A stretch of 64,000 nucleotides of DNA from positions 48,977-112,976 of the forward strand of contig CAZLPS010000001.1 of assembly GCA_964561455.1 (NCBI GenBank), in the 5' to 3' direction. Numbering within the stretch: position 1 is the first letter of the stretch; every line of letters begins with the position of its first letter. The position numbers and the translations under genes are program-made. The DNA comes from an uncultured Opitutales bacterium. GTDB taxonomy: Bacteria; Verrucomicrobiota; Verrucomicrobiia; Opitutales; JABDGR01. Below are positions 47,282 to 55,999 of the stretch, one piece after another. Under the pieces are notes generated by a model. The model made no database searches, was not told the origin of the DNA, and worked only from the letters and a program-made list of their open reading frames with translations.

Positions 47282-47508
47282 CCCGCGCCCAAAAGTTGGA
47301 CCGTCTGCAGGAAATTTTTCGCGACGTGCTCGACCAGCCCGCCTTGCATATTACCGAAAGTTTTTCGCCCGCGGACTGCCCGGAATGGGACTCCGTGGCG
47401 ACGGTGCAGATCGTCCTCGCGGCGGAGGCGGAGTTCGCCATGCGGGTGCCCACCGCCACAGTCGCCCACCTGCATTGTGTCCGGGAATTGCTCGATTTGG
47501 TGCCATGA
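47278..47508 (+). CDS. Acyl carrier protein (FkbH-associated type)
   Basis: 76 aa; EWDSVATVQIVLAAEAEF. Confidence 0.82.
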   Translation: MTRAQKLDRLQEIFRDVLDQPALHITESFSPADCPEWDSVATVQIVLAAEAEFAMRVPTATVAHLHCVRELLDLVP

Positions 47509-49340
47509 GTACTTCTGCCGGCCAACTTTTTTTTGCGGCTGCTTTGGCCCGCGCCCGCGCCCAACGCTCCGCTGGCGACCTGGCCGGCTCATTGCGCGAG
47601 TTGCAGTTTGGGCTCGACGCCCCGGCCGAATTCCCCTCTGCAACGTCAGCCGCGAAGTTTTTGGAAAAATCCGCTGCCGGTGGCATTCCTCCGGGGCTGC
47701 CCGTGCGTCGCGTGGCTTTGCTCGGAGCCGAAACCCTGGCCTTTATTCAACCTCTTGTTCGCGCCCTGGCCTTTCGCGACGGCTGGTGGCCGGTGTTTTA
47801 TGACGCCCCTTTCGGCGCCTGGCAGCAGGAAATTCTCGCACCGCATTCAGCGCTTCGCAAGTTCCAGCCAGCAGTCACGTTAATCTTGCGCGGTTGGCCC
47901 TCTCTTGGGCCGGGTGAAGTGGACGCCGGTCAATTGGCCGATGCAGAACTGGCGGTGGCCCGTCGGGCGGCAGAAGGCCTCGGTTTGGTTCTCTGGCCGG
48001 GATACGACTGCCCTTCGTTGGACCCTGCATTGTGCGCCGCCTTGGTGGAGGTCAACCGGCGGCTGCAGACCAGCTTGCCGCTGGAAATGCTCTGGGTGAA
48101 TCTGGCGGAATTGCAGGTTGCTTTTGGCGATGGTTGGGAGGATCGGCACTTGTGGGACGCTGCCCGCCAGCATCCCTCCGCCGCCGCCTGCATCGCGGTG
48201 GTGGAATTGTGGCTCTCCCTTTTGCGCGCCCGCTGGGGGCAGGTGCGCAAGGTTCTCGTCACGGACCTCGATAATGTTTTATGGGGCGGCATCGCGGGCG
48301 AGGACGGCATCGAGGAACTGCGCTTGGGTCCGGGTTCTCCCACCGGTGAAGCGCATGCGCAATTTCAACAGTATTTGCTCGAACTTAAGCACCAGGGCGT
48401 GTTGCTGGCGGTTTGCTCAAAGAATAATGACGCCGACGCCCGCGAAGTCTTTGCCCGCCGGACGATGCCGCTCAAACTCGGGGACTTTTCCGGTTGGATG
48501 GTCAATTGGCGCGATAAAGCGGATAATTTGCGCACCCTCGCCGCAAAAATGCGTCTCGGCCTCGACAGTTTTGTGTTTGTGGATGACCAGCCGGCCGAAC
48601 GCGCCCGCATCCGCCAGGCGCTGCCGGAAGTCGCCGTGCCCGAGATTCCGCCCGATCCCGCCGGCTATGTCGCTGTTTTACAGGCGCGCAGGTTTTTTCC
48701 GGCTGGCGCCGTATCCGCCGAAGACCGCGGCCGCACCGCTGCTTATCTGGCCGACGAAAAGCGGAACGAATCCTGCGCCAGCGCCGCCACCCTGGACGAT
48801 TTTTTGCGTGGATTGGAAATGGTGTGTGACCACGGCCCCATTTCGGATCTTGAGCTCGACCGGGCCGCACAATTGCTCGCCCGCACCAATCAGTGGAATC
48901 TGACCACCCGGCGCCATTCTCGCGCGGAAATGACCCGATTAATTTGCCAGCCGGGCGTGCTCACGCGCTGGTTTCGTTTGCGCGACCGGTTTGGGGACAA
49001 TGGCATTGTCGGACTGTGGATTTTAATGCCTGGCGCGGCTGGCGAATGGGAAATTGACAGTTGGGTCATCAGTTGCCGTGTCATCGGCCGTGGCTTGGAG
49101 GACTTAATGTTCAACGAACTGGTGGACCTTGCCCGCTCCGCCGGCGCCACCCGCTTGCGCGGTGTTTATATTCCCACGGCTAAGAACAAACTTGTTGCCG
49201 GTCTGCTTCCCGGGTTTGGTTTTTCGGCGGTGGGCGGTGAAATGGAATCTGGCAGCCGGGCTTATGCCATCGAGCTCGATCAAGCATCTCGGCGTACCCA
49301 CGTTATTCGTTTTCCAGCAGGGAATGGCGCGGTTCTTTAG
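47505..49340 (+). CDS. FkbH-like HAD-IIIC glyceryl-ACP loading enzyme
   Basis: DLDNVLWGG, CSKNN, NWRDK, FVDDQPAER, RTNQWNLTTRR, DRFGDNG, SCRVIGRG. Confidence 0.9.
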   Translation: MSTSAGQLFFAAALARARAQRSAGDLAGSLRELQFGLDAPAEFPSATSAAKFLEKSAAGGIPPGLPVRRVALLGAETLAFIQPLVRALAFRDGWWPVFYDAPFGAWQQEILAPHSALRKFQPAVTLILRGWPSLGPGEVDAGQLADAELAVARRAAEGLGLVLWPGYDCPSLDPALCAALVEVNRRLQTSLPLEMLWVNLAELQVAFGDGWEDRHLWDAARQHPSAAACIAVVELWLSLLRARWGQVRKVLVTDLDNVLWGGIAGEDGIEELRLGPGSPTGEAHAQFQQYLLELKHQGVLLAVCSKNNDADAREVFARRTMPLKLGDFSGWMVNWRDKADNLRTLAAKMRLGLDSFVFVDDQPAERARIRQALPEVAVPEIPPDPAGYVAVLQARRFFPAGAVSAEDRGRTAAYLADEKRNESCASAATLDDFLRGLEMVCDHGPISDLELDRAAQLLARTNQWNLTTRRHSRAEMTRLICQPGVLTRWFRLRDRFGDNGIVGLWILMPGAAGEWEIDSWVISCRVIGRGLEDLMFNELVDLARSAGATRLRGVYIPTAKNKLVAGLLPGFGFSAVGGEMESGSRAYAIELDQASRRTHVIRFPAGNGAVL

Positions 49341-49413
49341 ATCATTCAGATACCGCAGGCTCCCGGCCACCAAATTTGCGAACACCGGCCTGGGCGCCCT
49401 TTGGACCCGGTTT

Positions 49414-50172
49414 TTATTGGATGGCCGCCAAAGCTCTTGCTTCCACCGGGGGCAGCTTGGCGTATAGGTCGAACGTGCGGCTGAATTGGTTCATGAATTT
49501 AATGAACCCGGGTTCGGACCACAATTGTTCAAAAGACTCGACGGATGAAAGGCGGATTACGAGTTGTTCCTTCCGCTGGTCCAGACCAAAGCGCTTGAAA
49601 TCCTCCACCAGTACTGGCAGCCGCTCAATGCGCCCGGCGAGTCCGTTTTCCCATCCAACCAGATCGTAGGACATCGGCACGCCCCCCACCAGATGCCAGA
49701 AGATTACGTGCACCGACTGGCCGTCCTTCTTGTACGTGCCAGTTTCCATCGGCTTGAGTGTGCCGCCGGCGAGGTTCTTTTCGACGTCCTGGCTCCGCTC
49801 GAATTGTTCCCAGCCATTGTGCACCCAGCAGGTGTCTGGTGAGTGCGAGCCAACTTTAGCCGGGCTGAATCTCCCCGGCAGCCAGTGCGCGACGTATACC
49901 TGCACCTGGGTTTGCCCGTTCGAGTAAATTCGGCAGACCGCATCGTCATAATGCAGGACTGATTCAACTTGGGCCTGCTCCTCCGGCGTGGAGGCGATGT
50001 CCTGATCCGTGGTGGCCCAGCCATCTGGCGGCAACGGCAGCAGCTGCGCCAGCGGCTGGTCAATCGCGGCCTTCGGCGCAGGCTTAAGCGCAATGTACAC
50101 GTTCAACCCCAGCAGTGCGACGACAATCACGCAGCCAAGACCCAACAAGGCACGCAGCCAGCGGGGGGACAT
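49414..50172 (-). CDS. EpsI-family (exosortase-associated) periplasmic protein
   Basis: N-terminal TM anchor; GW...D, YDD...R.Y, YVAHW, HSPDTCW..NGW, VIFWH. Confidence 0.75.
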   Translation of the reverse strand: MSPRWLRALLGLGCVIVVALLGLNVYIALKPAPKAAIDQPLAQLLPLPPDGWATTDQDIASTPEEQAQVESVLHYDDAVCRIYSNGQTQVQVYVAHWLPGRFSPAKVGSHSPDTCWVHNGWEQFERSQDVEKNLAGGTLKPMETGTYKKDGQSVHVIFWHLVGGVPMSYDLVGWENGLAGRIERLPVLVEDFKRFGLDQRKEQLVIRLSSVESFEQLWSEPGFIKFMNQFSRTFDLYAKLPPVEARALAAIQ

Positions 50173-50398
50173 GGCATCATCCTAATCCAAGACCTTGAAA
50201 ATTGGAAGGTTGAAGTTGTCACCGGCGCGTCCATCACCGGAGCCACGAGTGGGGCGACCGCCGTTGCCGATTGGTTATTTTGCGATAAACTCCCAATGCC
50301 CATCCACCAAGATGGCACGTTCGCCGATTGCTGTTCAGAGAGTTTCCGGTTGCTTGCCAACTTGGAAAATTTAAGCTTGGACGTTCGTCCTTCCACCC

Positions 50399-51529
50399 AT
50401 GCCACCACGCATTTACCTTTCACCGCCCGACATCGGCTCCGACGAGCAGGCCCTGGTGGCCGAGGCCTTTGCCTCGAATTGGATCGCTCCGCTCGGCCCG
50501 CAGGTGGATGCTTTTGAAAGGGAGTTTGCCCATTGTGTCGGCGCCGAGCATGCCGTCGCGCTCAGTTCCGGCACGGCCGCCCTCCATTTGGCGCTGCGCC
50601 TGCTTGGCATCGGCCCAGGTGATGAAGTCTTGTGCTCGACGCTGACCTTTGTCGCGTCAGCCAATCCGATTGTCTATGAACGCGGCACGCCCGTGTTCCT
50701 CGATTGCGAGCGCGAATCCTGGAACCTCGACCCAAACATTTTGGCGGACGCGTTGCGCGCCCGTTCCGGGAGGTTGCCCAAAGCCCTCGTGCTGGCGCAC
50801 CTTTACGGCCAAAGTGCCAATCTCGACCCCATTGTAAATTTATGTGCTGAGCACGGCGTGGCATTGGTTGAAGACGCCGCCGAGGCCCTCGGTGCGACCT
50901 ACCATGGCCGGCCGGTTGGCACGCGGGGTTTTGCCGGAGTATTTTCTTTCAACGGTAACAAAATCATCACCACCTCTGGCGGCGGCATGCTGGTGACGGG
51001 CGACGGCGATTTGGCCCGGCGAGTGCGCTTCCTTGCCACTCAGGCCCGCGACTCCGCGCCGCATTACGAGCACTCGCAGCTCGGTTTCAATTACCGTTTG
51101 AGCAACGTGCTCGCGGCCATTGGCCGCGGCCAGTTGCGCCACCTCGCGGAAAAAATTGACCGCCGCCGCGCCAATTTTGATTTCTACCTTAAAACGCTGG
51201 GCGATTTGCCCGGCGTCCAATTCATGCCCGAGGCCACTTGGGGCCGGGCCAATCGCTGGCTGACCTGCCTGACCATTGACCCCGTCGTTGCCGGTACCGA
51301 CCGCGAATCTGTCCGGCTGGCGTTGGAAAGGGAGAATATCGAAGCCCGCCCAGTCTGGAAACCCCTGCATTTGCAGCCCCTTTATTCCCGGTCGCCGCGG
51401 TTTGGCGGCGCGGTGGCGGAGGATTTGTTTGCTAACGGTCTCTGCCTGCCGTCTGGTTCAAATTTGTCGGAGGGGGAACGCGCCCGGGTGGCGTCCGTGG
51501 TGCGGACCCGCTTTCCCGAAGCTCATTAA
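50399..51529 (+). CDS. DegT/DnrJ/EryC1/StrS aminotransferase (PglE-like)
   Basis: SNWIAPLGP, SSGTAALHL, EDAAEALG, SFNGNKIITTSGGG, GFNYRLSN. Confidence 0.92.
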   Translation: MPPRIYLSPPDIGSDEQALVAEAFASNWIAPLGPQVDAFEREFAHCVGAEHAVALSSGTAALHLALRLLGIGPGDEVLCSTLTFVASANPIVYERGTPVFLDCERESWNLDPNILADALRARSGRLPKALVLAHLYGQSANLDPIVNLCAEHGVALVEDAAEALGATYHGRPVGTRGFAGVFSFNGNKIITTSGGGMLVTGDGDLARRVRFLATQARDSAPHYEHSQLGFNYRLSNVLAAIGRGQLRHLAEKIDRRRANFDFYLKTLGDLPGVQFMPEATWGRANRWLTCLTIDPVVAGTDRESVRLALERENIEARPVWKPLHLQPLYSRSPRFGGAVAEDLFANGLCLPSGSNLSEGERARVASVVRTRFPEAH

Positions 51530-51555
51530 AAAGTTGGAAAAACAGGAGCGATTTC

Positions 51556-51584
51556 TTGCCAGTTGCCGCCCGAACGCGTAAGCT
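51556..51584 (+). promoter_or_regulatory. Putative sigma70 promoter of the dehydratase gene
   Basis: TTGCCA-17nt-TAAGCT upstream of ATG 51604. Confidence 0.45.
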
Positions 51585-51603
51585 GGTCTTTTTTCGGCTC
51601 TTC

Positions 51604-53496
51604 ATGGCTAATCGAACCACTTTTAGTATTTGGGCGCGGCATCTCGCCGTGCTGATTTGTTACAGCGGCCTGCTGACGTTTAGCTTTTATCTCGCTTACG
51701 AGCTCCGGTTTAATTTCGCCGTGGATGAAGACGCGCATTTTTTGCGCCGCCACCAGTTCGTTTGGGTCATCCCGGGCGAGTTGCTGTTGCTCTATGCCTT
51801 TGCGCAATTTCGCGGATTTTTGTCGTATTTTCGCATGCCGGATTTGGCCCGCCTGGTCGCGGCGCTGGGCTGTGGCATGGGCTTGTTATTACTAATCTAT
51901 CTCGGGTTGAATATTTTGTTGGAGCGCACCATTGCTCCGCCATTGGCCGTCATCGTTGGTAATTTCATCATTGCCACCCTGGTCTTGTCCGGATTCCGCC
52001 TCTGGCTGCGTTCCCACCGTGAGGGCAAACCCTCCGGCCCCAAACCGAAAAATGGCGCGAAACAGCGCCGCGTTGCCATTGTTGGCGCTGGCGAAGTCGG
52101 CTCGGCCGTCGTCGCTGACTTGCTGGCCAAACGCGGCCTCGGCCTCAAACCTGTGATCTTTTTTGACGACAATTCCGCCAAGCACGGCCATGACATTCAC
52201 GGCGTCCCCGTCGTCGGCTCGCCCGATCAAATGTCCGTCGCCCGCGAGGCTTATGATTTCGACCAAATCATTATCGCGCTGCCGGCTGGCGCGCACCGTC
52301 GGATGCTCGAGGTTGTCAGCCAGGCCAAGGCGCTGGGCTTGGAGACTGAAGTCATGCCCTCCATGTGGGAACTGGCCTCTGGCCGGGTGCAGGCGTCACA
52401 AATTCGCCCCGTGGAACTGGAGGACTTGTTGGGGCGCGATCCGGTCAGCCTCGATTCCGATTTGATTACGGAAATGTTGCACGGACGGGTGGTCATGGTG
52501 ACGGGCGCCGGCGGCAGCATCGGGGCGGAATTATGCCGTCAAATCGCCAATCGCGCGCCCAAGCAATTGATCATCGTTGACCAATCGGAGGTGCAGTTGT
52601 TTCAAATTGAGCAGGAACTTATCGGCCTGGGCCACGGCCCGCTGCTGGTATCGGTGGTCGCCTCCATTCTCGATGAAGCGCGTATGGCCTGGCTCCTGCA
52701 CTCCCACCAGCCGAATCTGCTTTTTCACGCCGCCGCCCACAAGCATGTGCCGATGATGGAGCACCAGCCGGTCGAGGCGCTAAAGAACAACACTGTCGGC
52801 ACCCATCAACTTGCCAAACTGGCGTCCGCGCACAAGGTCGGCAAATTCGTGCTCATTTCCACCGACAAGGCCGTCAACCCCACCAGCGTGATGGGCTGCT
52901 CCAAGCGTCTCGCCGAAATCGCCGTCCAAGCCCATCAGCAATCGCCCGGCAACGTGACTAAATTCTGTGCCGTCCGCTTTGGCAACGTGCTTGGCTCTTC
53001 CGGTAGCGTCATCCCCACCTTCAAGCGCCAAATCGCCGAGGGCGGCCCGGTCACAGTCACCCATCCGGACGTCTTGCGCTATTTCATGACCATTCCAGAA
53101 TCGGTGGGCTTGGTGCTGCAAGCCGCCTCGCAGGCCGGCGGCGGCGAGATCTTTGTCCTGGATATGGGCCTGCCCATTAAAATCATTGATGTCGCCCGCC
53201 AGTTGATCGAACTGAGCGGCTTTCGCCCCGACGTGGACATCGAAATCAAATTTGTCGGCCTGCGCCCCGGCGAGAAACTCTTCGAGGAAGTCCAGCACAA
53301 GGGCGAGCAGTTCCAGGACACCTCGCATAAGCGCATCTATCGCTTCGTCTGCCATCCGGCCACCCCGTCTGAAGTTGAAGAATGGATGCGCCAGTTGTCC
53401 GCCCAACTCCATCCTGGCGAACGCGACGAAATCAAAAGATTTCTCACCAAGTTGGTGCCGGAATACACACCCTATTTGACCAGGGATGGCGGCTAA
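51604..53496 (+). CDS. Membrane-anchored UDP-GlcNAc 4,6-dehydratase (PglF/WbpM/CapD family)
   Basis: 4 TM + IVGAGEVG, EDLLGRDP, VTGAGGSIG, HAAAHKHVP, STDKAVNP, RFGNVLGSSGSV, RYFMTIPE, RPGEKL. Confidence 0.94.
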   Translation: MANRTTFSIWARHLAVLICYSGLLTFSFYLAYELRFNFAVDEDAHFLRRHQFVWVIPGELLLLYAFAQFRGFLSYFRMPDLARLVAALGCGMGLLLLIYLGLNILLERTIAPPLAVIVGNFIIATLVLSGFRLWLRSHREGKPSGPKPKNGAKQRRVAIVGAGEVGSAVVADLLAKRGLGLKPVIFFDDNSAKHGHDIHGVPVVGSPDQMSVAREAYDFDQIIIALPAGAHRRMLEVVSQAKALGLETEVMPSMWELASGRVQASQIRPVELEDLLGRDPVSLDSDLITEMLHGRVVMVTGAGGSIGAELCRQIANRAPKQLIIVDQSEVQLFQIEQELIGLGHGPLLVSVVASILDEARMAWLLHSHQPNLLFHAAAHKHVPMMEHQPVEALKNNTVGTHQLAKLASAHKVGKFVLISTDKAVNPTSVMGCSKRLAEIAVQAHQQSPGNVTKFCAVRFGNVLGSSGSVIPTFKRQIAEGGPVTVTHPDVLRYFMTIPESVGLVLQAASQAGGGEIFVLDMGLPIKIIDVARQLIELSGFRPDVDIEIKFVGLRPGEKLFEEVQHKGEQFQDTSHKRIYRFVCHPATPSEVEEWMRQLSAQLHPGERDEIKRFLTKLVPEYTPYLTRDGG

Positions 53497-53744
53497 ACCC
53501 AACTGGCAACAACGCACTTTTTATGCCTTATCATTCAAAGCAGCGATGGCGCGCTTGCGTGCCCATCGGATTTTTTTAAAGGGCGGGCCCTACCCGGCGC
53601 GCTTCATGAATTTGAAATTTGGCACACCTTCGAGCTGGGCGCCAGTTTGTTCAAACCTTGCGGGGAATTCACAAGAGCAATTGAGCACCTTTGATGTGCA
53701 ATTCATTGGAACCATCGCCATTGACCGGGGGCATAGGAAAGCGT

Positions 53745-55049
53745 CTATGGATTTGCCATCGCCACCGGCTTGGGTGTTAGTACGAATCCAACATCGTTGC
53801 CGTTATTGTCTTTGGCCGTGCCCACAATTTGGCCGCGTTCGTTAATGCCGTTGGCCCGGGTCAGGGCGCTTAATCGGGCATTCGTGAGCATGGCTTTGCC
53901 GACCAGGTCATTGAGGTCCTTCATTTTACCGTCAGCATATAGGAACGCATGGAATGTTCCGTCGGCAATGCTTGCCATTCCCACGATCTGCCCCGCCGCA
54001 TTGATGCCATTAGCTTGGCTGACTGTTCCCCCATTGAGGGTGCCCAAATCCTGCATCTTCCCGGTTTGATAAAGGAAAGCATGGGGATTACCCACGCTCC
54101 CCGTCATCCCGGCAGTGCCCCCGGTCTCCGCCCATCCCACCACGAGACCGTGGTTGTTGAGGCCGAGGGCCACACTGTTGTCGCCGCCCAGCGCGCCGAG
54201 ACTTTGCACTTCTTTGCCATCGAAGAAATAGGCGTGCGCCACATGCGATGCCTGCGGCGCGTTGGCATCCAGGGCCGCCGCGCCAACCACCTGGCCCAAG
54301 TCATTCAGCGCACACGCAACGCTACCCCAGGAATCGGACCGAACCTTGCCATAACATATATTTCTGCCACCGTGCCCGACAAAGACCATGGCGGAGCCCG
54401 CCACATGTTTGGACAGGTCCGGAATTCCCGCCCACGGCTGGCTGACATCAAACCCAACGCTTGCAATTGTTCCAACCGTCTCGGTAAACGTGCCAGAACT
54501 GTTGATGCCGGTCGCCGCGCCCAAGTTCCATTGTGGCCCACCGGAAGCGCCAAAGCCGACCATCGCATTGTCCTTCAGTTCCCCGCCGTTATAAATAAAT
54601 CCATGGTAAATTGTCCCGATCGGGGGCGCTCCCCGGGGTGAGGTGAGTGACGGAATGGACGACGACATATTCGCCCTCAGGCCGGACCAGCCCACGACCT
54701 GCCCACTGGAATTAATTGCTTCAGCGGAGCTCGTGTCGCCAGATAATGCGCCGAGATCCGTCATCTTTTCGCCGCTGTACATAAACGCGTGAATGTGCCC
54801 GTTTGCCACCTCTGCCCAACCAACGACCTGGCCAGCGTCGTTAATGGCTCTGGCCTCGCTGGCCTTTCCGTCCAGCGAGAGAATGGAGAGGGTGTTGTAT
54901 GCCGCTACCGAATTGGATGATGCGTTCGTGGCCGCGGGAGCTGATGCCGCCGGTCCGATGGTCCCAGCCAAACCCGTTTCAACCGGCAACGTTTCGGCGC
55001 CGCCGACCGCCATGTTGATGACCATTACTGAATAGATACAGGATTTCAT
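53745..55049 (-). CDS. Secreted HAF-repeat (beta-propeller-like) protein
   Basis: Repeated HAF(L/M)Y..GKM.DLG.L.G..S.A..IN..GQ(V/I)VG units. Confidence 0.85.
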   Translation of the reverse strand: MKSCIYSVMVINMAVGGAETLPVETGLAGTIGPAASAPAATNASSNSVAAYNTLSILSLDGKASEARAINDAGQVVGWAEVANGHIHAFMYSGEKMTDLGALSGDTSSAEAINSSGQVVGWSGLRANMSSSIPSLTSPRGAPPIGTIYHGFIYNGGELKDNAMVGFGASGGPQWNLGAATGINSSGTFTETVGTIASVGFDVSQPWAGIPDLSKHVAGSAMVFVGHGGRNICYGKVRSDSWGSVACALNDLGQVVGAAALDANAPQASHVAHAYFFDGKEVQSLGALGGDNSVALGLNNHGLVVGWAETGGTAGMTGSVGNPHAFLYQTGKMQDLGTLNGGTVSQANGINAAGQIVGMASIADGTFHAFLYADGKMKDLNDLVGKAMLTNARLSALTRANGINERGQIVGTAKDNNGNDVGFVLTPKPVAMANP

Positions 55050-55187
55050 GGAGCTTGCTGTTTAAAGCCTGCCGCCGCCAATTAGTTGCATTAAAACTGG
55101 GGCGAACATTGTTGGATTTGGCGGATGATTTAAGGAGTGAGGTTCGACTTGTAGATTGGTGAGCCGTTCGTAATGCTGATTGCACTC

Positions 55188-55451
55188 ATGAAATCCAAAA
55201 AAGCCGGAGGCCGCAACCTCGCCATTCCCTGCGGGGTCTACCGCCATTACAAAGGCCAGGACTATCTGGTGCTGGGCGTGGCGCGCCACTCGGAGACGGA
55301 GGAGCCGTTTGTCGTTTACGTCCGCCTTTATGCACGCGAGGGCTGTCCATTTTGGATTCGACCGTATAAAGATTTTATCGGCTTGGTGGCTGGGCCGAAG
55401 GGAAAGAAGGTGAAACGGTTTAGATTTGTGGGCACGGAGCAAGCGCCTTGA
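55188..55451 (+). CDS. DUF1653 family protein
   Basis: GVYRHYKGQDYLVLGVARHSETEEPFVVY..LY, WIRPY..F, KRF. Confidence 0.88.
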   Translation: MKSKKAGGRNLAIPCGVYRHYKGQDYLVLGVARHSETEEPFVVYVRLYAREGCPFWIRPYKDFIGLVAGPKGKKVKRFRFVGTEQAP

Positions 55452-55560
55452 GAATAGGGTAATTAGGGATGCTTTTTTTGGGGTTTTCGGCTTAGCTTCA
55501 ATTTGCTAGGGTGGGGCTTCAATCGCCCCTGCGGTCACCCCATCGCCAATTGGTGAAGCC

Positions 55561-55992
55561 ATGAATTCCTCCCACCAGCTTACTCCGGCCGCCGTGTTGC
55601 GCCACGCCGCGTTTGCCGGTGATTTGCGGTGTGTGCGGCATTTGGTGGCCGAGGGCGTCGACGTTAATATTTGGGAGCACGATGGCTGTTCGGCGCTCAC
55701 TTATGCATCCCGGGCGGGCCATTTGGAAGTGGTGCTTTTTTTGTTGGCCAATGGCGCGTGGGCCGAGCCCCACGAAGACTATGACACCTATTGCACGCCG
55801 CTGATGGAGGCGGTGTGCTACGGACATTTGGAAATCGTCAAGGCCCTGGTTGAGGCCGGAGCCCAGCCGGAATGGCATGTGGGCGTGGCCCAAATGACGG
55901 CAGAATGTTATGCGCGGCACTATTCCCAGCCTGAGATTCTTGCCTATTTGGTCGACGTGATCGCCCAACGCGAAAAGGGAGCGAATAGCTGA
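55561..55992 (+). CDS. Ankyrin-repeat protein
   Basis: ALTYASRAGHLEVVLFLLANGA, TPLMEAVCYGHLEIVKALVEAGA. Confidence 0.88.
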   Translation: MNSSHQLTPAAVLRHAAFAGDLRCVRHLVAEGVDVNIWEHDGCSALTYASRAGHLEVVLFLLANGAWAEPHEDYDTYCTPLMEAVCYGHLEIVKALVEAGAQPEWHVGVAQMTAECYARHYSQPEILAYLVDVIAQREKGANS

Positions 55993-55999
55993 TTTGCGA

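Noticed and set aside
45195-49340. Tetronate or other polyketide antibiotic cluster (FkbH + ACP + FabH)
   Set aside because: No PKS/NRPS, no elimination enzyme or exporter; embedded among sugar-nucleotide genes, so glycan acylation is more parsimonious
7208-53496. Phase-variable homopolymer tracts in glycosyltransferases
   Set aside because: Longest runs noticed are about 6-8 nt (e.g. C6G7 near 40370), all reading frames are intact
53497-53744. Possible small gene (ORF 53486-53845) between the dehydratase and HAF genes
   Set aside because: Overlaps both neighbours, atypical composition, no motif; no convincing frame on either strand
55138-55152. GGTTCGAC resembles a tRNA T-loop
   Set aside because: No pairing T-stem, acceptor stem or cloverleaf around it
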